This document shows, piece after piece, positions 8,562-16,535 of a DNA stretch of 43,681 bases. The notes below the pieces were generated by a model, which worked only from the letters and a program-made list of their open reading frames with translations, was not told the DNA's origin and did not search any database. This DNA comes from an uncultured Eubacteriales bacterium. Lineage in GTDB: Bacteria > Bacillota_I > Bacilli_A > RF39 > UBA660. Position 1 is the stretch's first letter; the number at the start of each line of letters is the position of its first letter. The stretch spans positions 1-43,681 of the forward strand of contig CAJPPJ010000001.1 of the NCBI GenBank assembly GCA_905372515.1. Direction: 5' to 3'. The position numbers and the translations under genes were made by a program.

Positions 8562-9218
8562 ATGTCGTCGTATAGGTTGTATGGTAAAAAATTAGATTTA
8601 TATAATGAGAGGCAAAAAATAATTAATTTTGGCTCTTTTCCATCTGATTTAACTATATTATCTAATGTTTGTCTTGGAGGAAGAATATATCATGATTATC
8701 ATCAAAAGTTTTTATCTCCAACAATCGATTTTTTTATGGAAGTAGATAGTTTTATTAAGTTTTGTTGTAATTTAAAATATTATTTAAATTGTGAATTAAT
8801 ACCACTTCCAAATTTTAAAAGAGATAATCTAAATAATTTCTTTTTTTGTCAAATTGGAGATTTAATAGCAGGTTTTTCTCATACTAATGATTCTTATGAA
8901 AGAATAATTGCTAAATGGAATGAAAGAAAGAAAAGAGTTAATTATGATAATATAATAGTAATAGCAAATGATAAAAATATACTTACTTATCCTGCTAGTA
9001 TAGCAAGTGAAAAAACTATTAAAAATTTTGCTAAAATCCCATATAAAAAAGTATTATTTACTATAAAAGATTATAAGTATGATTATGTTTTTTATTTACC
9101 TAGTTTTAAAGATGAGAATGCTTCTCCAGAAGCTACAAGACCATCTTTAACTAAAAAAGGAAAATATATATTAGAAGAAGATGGTTTTGATTTAGAAAAA
9201 TTTGTATGTAATTTATAA
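8562..9218 (+). CDS. DUF1919 family protein.
   Basis: LTILSNVCLGGRIYHDYHQKFLSPTIDFF resembles the DUF1919 N-terminal signature. SD AGGTGG. Confidence 0.55.
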   Translation: MSSYRLYGKKLDLYNERQKIINFGSFPSDLTILSNVCLGGRIYHDYHQKFLSPTIDFFMEVDSFIKFCCNLKYYLNCELIPLPNFKRDNLNNFFFCQIGDLIAGFSHTNDSYERIIAKWNERKKRVNYDNIIVIANDKNILTYPASIASEKTIKNFAKIPYKKVLFTIKDYKYDYVFYLPSFKDENASPEATRPSLTKKGKYILEEDGFDLEKFVCNL

Positions 9219-9258
9219 AAATAAAAGATTATGCTAAAATAAGGATGGAGATATAAAT

Positions 9259-9795
9259 ATGGATGATATAGTTATAAAAAATGCACTTTCTTATTCATTA
9301 GGTTCTGACTTACATGAAGCTTGGAGACTTACAAGAAAAAAAGAAGATGGAACATATGAACCAAGAATAAAAAAATCTAAAGATGAAGATTGGAATATAA
9401 ATCATGGTACAGATGAAGTTGATATTGCTAACTGTAGTTTTGATGAACTTCCATCAAATTGGCAGTATGAAAATTTAGAAGCTGCAAAAGTTGCAATAGA
9501 TTTAGTTTATGATAAAACTCTTGCAGGTGAAAATATTACATCAGAAGAAAAAGAGCAAATGACTTCAGTTGTTCATGATGAATGGTTAAAAAGAAACGAT
9601 TGGGTGTTTGATAGTGAATATGGAGATCCAAATTTAGCAGTTCCATATGAAGATTTATCTGAAGATGAAAAATTAAAAGATAGTATTCAATTAGATAATG
9701 CACAAGAAAAAGTAAAAGAATATGCAAAAGGTTTAATAGATATAGAAGAATTATGTACAAAATATAATTTAGAAATATCAGTTAAAAGATTATAA
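9259..9795 (+). CDS. Acidic cytosolic protein with RyR (ryanodine-receptor repeat)-like domain(s).
   Basis: VHDEWLKRNDWVFDSEYGDPNLAVPYEDLSEDEKLKD fits the RyR repeat pattern (H.eW...gW.yG...P.lvPY.eL.eeEK.kD). An earlier LHEAWRL...ELPSNWQYENLEAAK segment is similar. Confidence 0.5.
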   Translation: MDDIVIKNALSYSLGSDLHEAWRLTRKKEDGTYEPRIKKSKDEDWNINHGTDEVDIANCSFDELPSNWQYENLEAAKVAIDLVYDKTLAGENITSEEKEQMTSVVHDEWLKRNDWVFDSEYGDPNLAVPYEDLSEDEKLKDSIQLDNAQEKVKEYAKGLIDIEELCTKYNLEISVKRL

Positions 9796-9833
9796 TTAAT
9801 ATTATAAAGAAATTAATTTTTTTATAAAAATTT

Positions 9834-9866
9834 AAAAGATTATACCTAGATATAATCTTTTTTTAT
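9834..9866 (+). terminator. Rho-independent terminator.
   Basis: Stem aaaagattata / tataatctttt with loop cctaga, followed by a T run. Confidence 0.7.
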
Positions 9867-9913
9867 TTGGAACATGCTATAATTAGTTGGAGAAATAAGA
9901 ATATGGAGAAATT

Positions 9914-10864
9914 ATGATATTAAATTTGGTATTTTTAATAGTTGGTTTTATTATTTTAATTAAAGGTGCAGATATTTTTGTAGATGGAGCTAGTGCAGTA
10001 GCAGGTAATTTTAAAGTATCTAAGATGTTAATAGGGCTTACAATAGTAGCTTTTGGTACAAGTGCACCTGAATTAGCAGTTAGTATAAAATCATTAATAT
10101 CTGGTAGTGGAGATATGGTTTTAGGAAATGTTATTGGTAGTAATATTTTAAATATTTTATTAATATTAGGTATATCTGCAATATTTCATTCTTTAACAGT
10201 TAAAAATAATACTGTTAAAAAAGAACTTCCTATAACTCTAATGATTACTACAGCTTTTGCAGTACTTTTATCAGATAGTATTTTTACAAAAAATGTAACT
10301 AATTCTTTTACTAGGGGAGACGGTATAGTACTTTTATTATTCTTTAGTGTGTTTATGTACTATTTAATAAGCATGTCTAGAAACAAGATAGATGAAGATA
10401 GTAAAGATACTTATCCATCTATGAAAAAAGCTTGTTTTTTAACTATTTTAGGACTTATAGGAATAGTACTTGGTAGTAACTTTGTAGTAGATGGTGCTAG
10501 TGGTATTGCTAAAATAATTGGAATTAGTGAAAGAATGATATCTTTAACTATAGTTGCAATTGGAACTTCACTTCCAGAACTTGTTACAAGTGTTGCTGCA
10601 ACTAGAAAAGGTGAATATGATATTGCAATAGGAAATGTAGTAGGAAGTAATATATTCAATATAGGTATTGTTATTGGTATACCAGTAGCTATATTTGGAG
10701 GAATATCTAAAATTAACTTTAGTTATATAGATATAGTAGTTATGATTTTATCAGCATTATTCTTATTTATATTTTCATATAATGATCATAAAATTTCTAG
10801 AAAAGAAGGAATATTCTTTTTACTAGCATTTATAGCTTATTATAGTTATGTTATATTTGGATAA
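9914..10864 (+). CDS. CaCA family cation/Ca2+ antiporter (YrbG-like sodium/calcium exchanger).
   Basis: Two internal alpha-repeats: GTSAPELAVS..GNVIGSNILNI and GTSLPELVTS..GNVVGSNIFNI. About 10 TM segments. Confidence 0.9.
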   Translation: MILNLVFLIVGFIILIKGADIFVDGASAVAGNFKVSKMLIGLTIVAFGTSAPELAVSIKSLISGSGDMVLGNVIGSNILNILLILGISAIFHSLTVKNNTVKKELPITLMITTAFAVLLSDSIFTKNVTNSFTRGDGIVLLLFFSVFMYYLISMSRNKIDEDSKDTYPSMKKACFLTILGLIGIVLGSNFVVDGASGIAKIIGISERMISLTIVAIGTSLPELVTSVAATRKGEYDIAIGNVVGSNIFNIGIVIGIPVAIFGGISKINFSYIDIVVMILSALFLFIFSYNDHKISRKEGIFFLLAFIAYYSYVIFG

Positions 10865-10950
10865 TTAATTTTTAAATTTAAGACAAGAAAATTTATATTG
10901 CTATTAATTACTAAAAATTTAAATATTAGTAGTAAACTTAATAAAAATAA

Positions 10951-10976
10951 GTAGTTATATAACTACCTATTTTTAT
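10951..10976 (+). terminator. Rho-independent terminator (AT-rich stem).
   Basis: Palindrome GTAGTTAT/ATAACTAC followed by ctattttta. Confidence 0.5.
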
Positions 10977-11170
10977 TAAGAATATGATACAATTATTTTA
11001 AGAATTAACTTTTAGAAATAAAGAAAATCAAGTTGATATGTTTTTGCACTGAAAATTTTTATTTTAAAATTTAATAGATAAATGTGAATAAGATTAATGA
11101 CCAACGAGAATAATTTTAAAAAACTAATAGTTAAAAATAATAAACATTATTTGTAAGGAGATAATTATAA

Positions 11171-12319
11171 ATGAGTTTAGAAGATAAAATAAATTATTTA
11201 GATTATAAATATCAATTTGTAAAAAATAATAAATACTGGGATTATAATAGATTATATAATATAAGTATAAATAATAAAGAATATAAAATATTAGAAAATG
11301 ATATTTTATTAAATGTTGCAAAAGATATCTCTAGAAAAACTGATGGGGATTTTGTTGATAGAAAATCAATGAGAGATTATGAAATACCAAATATTGATAT
11401 AGAAAGAATGAAAAAAATAGTTATAGATTTTTTTAATCAAGTTAATCCTGAATATTATAAAAAGCTAGAATTATTATTATCTAAGACAAAGTTTATAAAG
11501 TATGATGAAAACAAACCAAGTGATAATCAAAGATGTGTTCTTAATTCTGATGGAATCAAAATTTATTACCAAAATGATTTAAATACATTAGTGAATTTAG
11601 CTCATGAATTAAGTCATGGAATTTCTCGTTTAAATAATAATTTAGAAGAAAAGTATAATGATGAAGTTGAAGTACTTTCGGAAGTTGAATCTCTGATGAC
11701 AGAAGACATATTTCTAGAATATTTAAAGTATAAAAATCTTCAAATAAAAGAAAAAAATTTGGCTAATGAAGTAATAACATTAGATGAAGATATTATTAAC
11801 GATATAAAATATAGTAAATATAAGACATATATTTATTGTGCGTATAGAGCAATAGATGAATTAGAATTTAAAAATATCTTAAAGAGAAATAAAATAAATA
11901 ATATTGATAAAGATTTTATAGAAAGAATATCTAATTTTACGAATATATCAAATGATGATGTTATTTCAAGAATTGATAGATTTATAAATAGATATTATCC
12001 AAGTGATAATAATGTACACGATTATATAGGTATTTCCAATTATGATTTAAAAAATGGTCAACAATTGTCAAATGAATCTAGGTTTATTTATGCAGAGTGT
12101 TTAGTTGAAAAATTTAATAATATGAATCTAGATAAAAATCAAAAAGTAGAATTTTATAAAAATTATTTAAATAGTGCAAAAGATATGAGTTTTCAAAATG
12201 TTTTACAATTGTTTAATGTTAATCTAATGAATATAAGTAGTTTTTCTGAAGATTTTATTAGAAAATTTAATTCTTTATCCGATGATGTTAAGAAAAAGCC
12301 ATTGCCACCACAATTATAG
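11171..12319 (+). CDS. Short M3 (oligoendopeptidase F)-like zinc metallopeptidase.
   Basis: LAHELSHG (HExxH) followed by EVESLMTEDIFLE, a third-ligand Glu region like the M3 E.aS..E. 382 aa against about 600 for typical PepF. Strong SD AAGGAG. Confidence 0.55.
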   Translation: MSLEDKINYLDYKYQFVKNNKYWDYNRLYNISINNKEYKILENDILLNVAKDISRKTDGDFVDRKSMRDYEIPNIDIERMKKIVIDFFNQVNPEYYKKLELLLSKTKFIKYDENKPSDNQRCVLNSDGIKIYYQNDLNTLVNLAHELSHGISRLNNNLEEKYNDEVEVLSEVESLMTEDIFLEYLKYKNLQIKEKNLANEVITLDEDIINDIKYSKYKTYIYCAYRAIDELEFKNILKRNKINNIDKDFIERISNFTNISNDDVISRIDRFINRYYPSDNNVHDYIGISNYDLKNGQQLSNESRFIYAECLVEKFNNMNLDKNQKVEFYKNYLNSAKDMSFQNVLQLFNVNLMNISSFSEDFIRKFNSLSDDVKKKPLPPQL

Positions 12320-12393
12320 TTTTTTTAAAATATAAAATTGTTTTTTAAAACAAAAGGCTTATTTTTATGAATAATGTAAAAAGGAGGTAAAAC

Positions 12394-12786
12394 ATGGATT
12401 TTAATTATGAACAAGAAGAAAATAAATTAATATTAGTAAATGAGAATATATAGTGCTTTTCTTAATAAGAAAACTAAAATGAATGATGGAATAATTAAAA
12501 TTATTGATTTTGAAAGATTAATGTATGCACTAAGAGATTTTGAATTAGATATTTTATATAGAATGATTAGAAAACCTTGGAAATTTGCAAGTGAAGAAAC
12601 AGAACAATTTACTGATTCTGTCATTATGCAAATATAATGTCATATATAGAAAAATATTATCCAGAATTAATCCACATTGATAATTTATATCAAAGATTAG
12701 CTATATATGATATGGTTTACTTTATGAAATATTTAATAAAACATTTTGAAATAGAAGAATTAAAAAAGAAAAGTATTCTATCTTGA
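12394..12786 (+). pseudogene. Frameshifted remnant of a phosphotransferase (APH/choline-kinase-like) C-terminal region.
   Basis: A strong SD (AAGGAGG) plus ATG 12394 gives only 19 codons. The reading continues in the +1 frame (12440-12637, ..GIIKIIDFERLMYALRDFELDIL..) and then in a third frame (12637-12786, YYPELIHIDNLYQRLAIYDMVYF..). Confidence 0.45.
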
Positions 12787-13003
12787 CGCTATTGATGTTA
12801 TGCCGGACTATAAAAGCAATGGTTATGGAACAGGTTTAATATCATTTGCTTGTGATTTTGTTAAAACTATTGATTGTTATAAAATGTATTTAATAACTAA
12901 TAGAAGTAATGTATCTACTTGTAAATATTATGAAAAAGCAGGAGGAATAAATAAAGCAGATTATGAAATTATTTATGTGTATGATTTTAAGGAGAAAAAC
13001 TAA
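12764..13003 (+). pseudogene. N-terminally truncated GNAT acetyltransferase remnant; only the motif A/B half is left.
   Basis: The frame opens at 12764: ..YLDAIDVMPDYKSNGYGTGLISFACDFVK..YLITNRSNVSTCKYYEKAGG. That is the acetyl-CoA loop and C-terminal half of GNAT with no N-terminal half. TAA overlaps the next ATG (TAATG). Confidence 0.55.
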
Positions 13004-13896
13004 TGGATATAAAAAAGATAATAGAGGAAAAATGTAATATAAATATTGATAGTATAAAATTAATAGGCAAAGGATATGACAGTAAAGCATACATTGTAAA
13101 TAATGAATATGTTTTTAAAATTAAATTTAGTACTAATAAGAAAAAAGGGTATGAAAAGGAAAAAGTAATATATGATTTTTTAAATAAAAAATTAAATACA
13201 AGTATTAAAATACCAAATATAGAATATTCATTTATAAGTGAAGAAGTATCTATTTTAGGGTATAAAGAGATTAAAGGAACTTTTTTAACACCGGAAATTT
13301 ATTTTACTTTATCTAAAGAAAATCAAGAACTATTGAAACAAGATATTGCTATTTTTTTAAGACAAATGCACGATTTGGATTATAGTGAAATAAGTTCTTA
13401 TACAATAGATAACAAGAAAAATGTTTTAGAGGAATATCAATTGTTAAGGGATACTCTTTATGATAGTCTTACTGATGCTGAAAAGAAATATGTTGAAGAA
13501 TTTATGCAAAGATTACATATTACAACTATATTTGATGGTAAAAAGTGTTTATGTCATAATGATTTTAGTTGTAATCATTTATTGCTTAATGATGATAATA
13601 GATTATGTGGTGTAATTGATTTTGGGGATTCTGGAATTATAGATGAATATTGCGATTTTATATATTTGCTAGAAGATAGTGAGGAAGAAATAGGTAGAGT
13701 ATTCGGAGAAGATATATTAAGATTATATGGAAGCATTGATATAGAAAAAGCAAAAGAATATCAAGATGCTGTGGAACAATATTATCCTATTGAAACTATT
13801 GTTTATGGCATTAAAAATAATAGACCTGATTTTATTGAAAAGGGTAGAAAAGAAATATATATAAGAACTCATAAAAATGAAAAATTAAGGAAGTGA
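13003..13896 (+). CDS. Aminoglycoside 2''-O-phosphotransferase, APH(2'')-Ia-like.
   Basis: Kinase motifs [12 protein letters not shown] and IDFGDSG. Long stretches match my recollection of the APH(2'') domain of AAC(6')-Ie/APH(2'')-Ia ([88 protein letters not shown]). Confidence 0.8.
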   Translation: MDIKKIIEEKCNINIDSIKLIGKGYDSKAYIVNNEYVFKIKFSTNKKKGYEKEKVIYDFLNKKLNTSIKIPNIEYSFISEEVSILGYKEIKGTFLTPEIYFTLSKENQELLKQDIAIFLRQMHDLDYSEISSYTIDNKKNVLEEYQLLRDTLYDSLTDAEKKYVEEFMQRLHITTIFDGKKCLCHNDFSCNHLLLNDDNRLCGVIDFGDSGIIDEYCDFIYLLEDSEEEIGRVFGEDILRLYGSIDIEKAKEYQDAVEQYYPIETIVYGIKNNRPDFIEKGRKEIYIRTHKNEKLRK

Positions 13897-13900
13897 TGCT

Positions 13901-14752
13901 ATGAGCAATTTAAATGAAAATAAAATAAGTTTTAATTGGTATCCAGGTCATATGGAAAAGACCAAGAGAAAGATAAAAGAAATTGAAGGTTTAATAGATA
14001 TAGTATTAGAACTTGCTGATGCTAGAATTCCTATAACATCTAGATTAAATAGAGACTTTTTAACGAATAAAGATAGTATATTAATACTTACTAAGTATGA
14101 TTTATGTGATAAAGAAAAAACTGATAAGTTAGTAGAAGAATTAAAGAAAACTTATAAAGATGTTATATGTACATATATAGGGGACAAAACTATTAAATCT
14201 AAGATTAAAAATATAGCAGAAAATATACTTAAAGAAAAAATAGAAAAAAGAGAAAATAAAGGGCTTATTAAAAGAAAAATAAGAGCGATTGTAGTAGGTA
14301 TACCTAATGTTGGTAAATCAACACTTATTAATACTTTATGTGGTAAGACAGTTGCTAAAGCAGAAAATAGACCTGGTGTTACTAGAAGTTTAGAATGGCT
14401 TAAGATATCACCTGATTTTGAATTTATTGATTCTCCTGGAATTCTTGGTAAAAAGTTCTCATCAAAAGAAGAGGCTTTTAGACTTGCAAGTTTATCAAGT
14501 GTTAATGAAGCTATATTAAATTATCAAGATTTAGCTATTTTTATATATGAAGAATTACGTGATAAATATCCAAATCGTTTCTTAGAATTTTATAAAATAG
14601 ATAATTTTACTGACTTTTTAACAGATATAGAAAAGATTGCTAAAAGAAAAGGTTGTTTATTAAAAGGTGGGGTAGTAGATATAGATAAAGCTTATTTACT
14701 TTTATATCAAGATTTTAAAAATAACAAGTTTGGAAAAATTACATTAGATTAA
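13901..14752 (+). CDS. rbgA: Ribosome biogenesis GTPase A (YlqF/RbgA).
   Basis: FNWYPGHMEKTKRKIKE, a circularly permuted GTPase (LTKYDL then GIPNVGKST, DSPG). Confidence 0.9.
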   Translation: MSNLNENKISFNWYPGHMEKTKRKIKEIEGLIDIVLELADARIPITSRLNRDFLTNKDSILILTKYDLCDKEKTDKLVEELKKTYKDVICTYIGDKTIKSKIKNIAENILKEKIEKRENKGLIKRKIRAIVVGIPNVGKSTLINTLCGKTVAKAENRPGVTRSLEWLKISPDFEFIDSPGILGKKFSSKEEAFRLASLSSVNEAILNYQDLAIFIYEELRDKYPNRFLEFYKIDNFTDFLTDIEKIAKRKGCLLKGGVVDIDKAYLLLYQDFKNNKFGKITLD

Positions 14753-14800
14753 ATTGAAGTTATAAATAAATTTCACTATAATGATTATAAGGAGAAAATT

Positions 14801-15880
14801 ATGAAAAATATAAATATGTCTATCATTAAGTTTATTAGTAGAATAAGTGATTATTTATATGAAACATTACTTTTTATTCAAGATAAAATTAATGTATTTG
14901 ACTTAAAAAAAGTATTAAAATTAGTTATTAAAATATTACTTTTTGTATTAATTTTTTGGATTATAAAAGCTTTTATAGTTCCTTTAGCGTCTATATTTGC
15001 ACTCATTATAGATACTTTTAGTAATATTTTAAAAGGTACGTTTTCAAATGTGTTAACATTTGCACTTTACAATTTCTATTATCTATATTTTTATTTAAGC
15101 TTATATAAATTTATAAAACATTTAATAGATGAAAAAGATATTAACATTTTTAAATCTACAATGATTAATAAGCAATTAGTTAAAATAAATGAACTTATTT
15201 TAAAATTATTAAAAATTGTACTTTATATCTTTTTACTTCCATTATTTGCATTAGGAGTAGTAGGAGTATTATTCTTTATATATTTAATATTCTTAATATT
15301 TAAAGGAAGTTTTATTTTTAGTTTATATTTAATTGTTATAGCATTAATAGTTGCAACTTTATGTTTATTAAAATATATTCTAGGATTTATACATGATCAA
15401 AATAAGAAAAAATATAAATATATAGCTATATTTTCTTATATTAGTATTTTCTTATTTACATTACTTTTTATGTTTGAAACAAGAAATTATAAAGTAATAA
15501 ATGATATTAAAACACTTGAATTAACTAAACACAATATAACATATCAAATAGATAAAGGTATTGAAATATCTACTAGTGGATTTTATGAAATCAAGTATGA
15601 TGAAAAAGTTAAAAAGGGAAATTTGAGAATTAAATTTGAAAACTACGAAACAACTTCTTATACTTTAGATACTAAGACAGAAAATAATAAAACTAAATTA
15701 GAAATTAATTACTATATTAATAATAATGTAGAAAACTTTAAGAATATTGTAAAACTATTTAATGATTCTTTAATAAAGAAACAATTTTATGATTATTCAA
15801 GATTAAAGTATGGTAAATTAACTATTACTATTAATCCAAAAGATAAAAATTTATTAAAAGTTATAAAAAATGCTAAATAA
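14801..15880 (+). CDS. Multi-pass membrane protein of unknown function with a C-terminal soluble domain.
   Basis: 359 aa with about 6 hydrophobic segments, then a Lys/Asn-rich beta-like tail. Strong SD AAGGAG. Confidence 0.65.
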   Translation: MKNINMSIIKFISRISDYLYETLLFIQDKINVFDLKKVLKLVIKILLFVLIFWIIKAFIVPLASIFALIIDTFSNILKGTFSNVLTFALYNFYYLYFYLSLYKFIKHLIDEKDINIFKSTMINKQLVKINELILKLLKIVLYIFLLPLFALGVVGVLFFIYLIFLIFKGSFIFSLYLIVIALIVATLCLLKYILGFIHDQNKKKYKYIAIFSYISIFLFTLLFMFETRNYKVINDIKTLELTKHNITYQIDKGIEISTSGFYEIKYDEKVKKGNLRIKFENYETTSYTLDTKTENNKTKLEINYYINNNVENFKNIVKLFNDSLIKKQFYDYSRLKYGKLTITINPKDKNLLKVIKNAK

Positions 15881-16472
15881 TAGAGAATATGAAGAAAAAT
15901 ATAGTAATTTAAATTACATTTGTGGAGTAGATGAAGTAGGTAGAGGACCACTTGTAGGACCAGTAGTAGCATCTGCTGTAATACTTCCTAAAAATTATTT
16001 TATAGAAGGATTAACAGATTCTAAAAAGTTATCCAAAAAGAAAAGAGATTATTTCTATGAAGTTATCCAAAAAGATGCTTTAGCTATAGGTATTGGAATA
16101 GTTGATAATAAAAAAATAGATGAAATAAATATTTTAGAAGCATCTCGTTTGGCTATGAAAAAAGCTATAAATAATTTATCTATCAAACCTGATATAATTC
16201 TTACTGATGCTATGAGACTTGATATGGGAATACCAGAAGAGGATATAATTAAAGGTGATTTAAAAAGTATTACAATATCTGCAGCTAGTGTAATAGCTAA
16301 AGTTACAAGAGATAAAATGATGGAAGAACTTCATGAAAAGTATCCAATGTACAACTTTATTAAAAATAATGGTTATCCTACTAAAGAACATATAGAAGCA
16401 ATTAAAAAATATGGAATAATAAAAGAACATAGAAAATCATTTAGACCTATAAAAGACACTATAAATAATTAG
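15870..16472 (+). CDS. rnhB: Ribonuclease HII.
   Basis: GVDEVGRGPLVGPVVASAV, DSKKLS and ISAASVIAK motifs. 200 aa. Confidence 0.9.
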   Translation: MLNNREYEEKYSNLNYICGVDEVGRGPLVGPVVASAVILPKNYFIEGLTDSKKLSKKKRDYFYEVIQKDALAIGIGIVDNKKIDEINILEASRLAMKKAINNLSIKPDIILTDAMRLDMGIPEEDIIKGDLKSITISAASVIAKVTRDKMMEELHEKYPMYNFIKNNGYPTKEHIEAIKKYGIIKEHRKSFRPIKDTINN

Positions 16473-16485
16473 TGTCTTTTTTTAT
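16452..16485 (+). terminator. Rho-independent terminator overlapping the rnhB stop.
   Basis: Stem aaagacact / agtgtcttt followed by a T7 run. Confidence 0.7.
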
Positions 16486-16487
16486 TT

Positions 16488-16497
16488 ACTTAATATA
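16488..16497 (+). repeat. Left copy of the direct repeat ACTTAATATA; the preceding T-run and AT are also shared with the right copy.
   Basis: C-T7-A-TTT-ACTTAATATA here against C-T9-A-TG-ACTTAATATA at 19864-19886. Confidence 0.4.
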
Positions 16498-16535
16498 TCA
16501 AATTGTATATTATTAATAATAGGAGGAGAATACTT

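Noticed and set aside
10865-11170. The long 306-nt intergenic region as a riboswitch or sRNA locus.
   Set aside because: It is extremely AT-rich, with only the antiporter terminator hairpin recognisable. It has no conserved riboswitch core motifs or stable GC-containing helices that I could identify.
12394-12640. The small adjacent ORFs as a toxin-antitoxin pair.
   Set aside because: The pieces read as consecutive fragments of one kinase-like gene in shifted frames, so they are not two complete small proteins with independent starts.
16503-16535. The TTG-initiated N-terminal extension (MYIINNRRRIL) of the first LXG-like ORF in the ORF track.
   Set aside because: AGGAGG lies inside the extension at ideal spacing from ATG 16536. 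The paralogue at 18806 also begins with the same MNER sequence.
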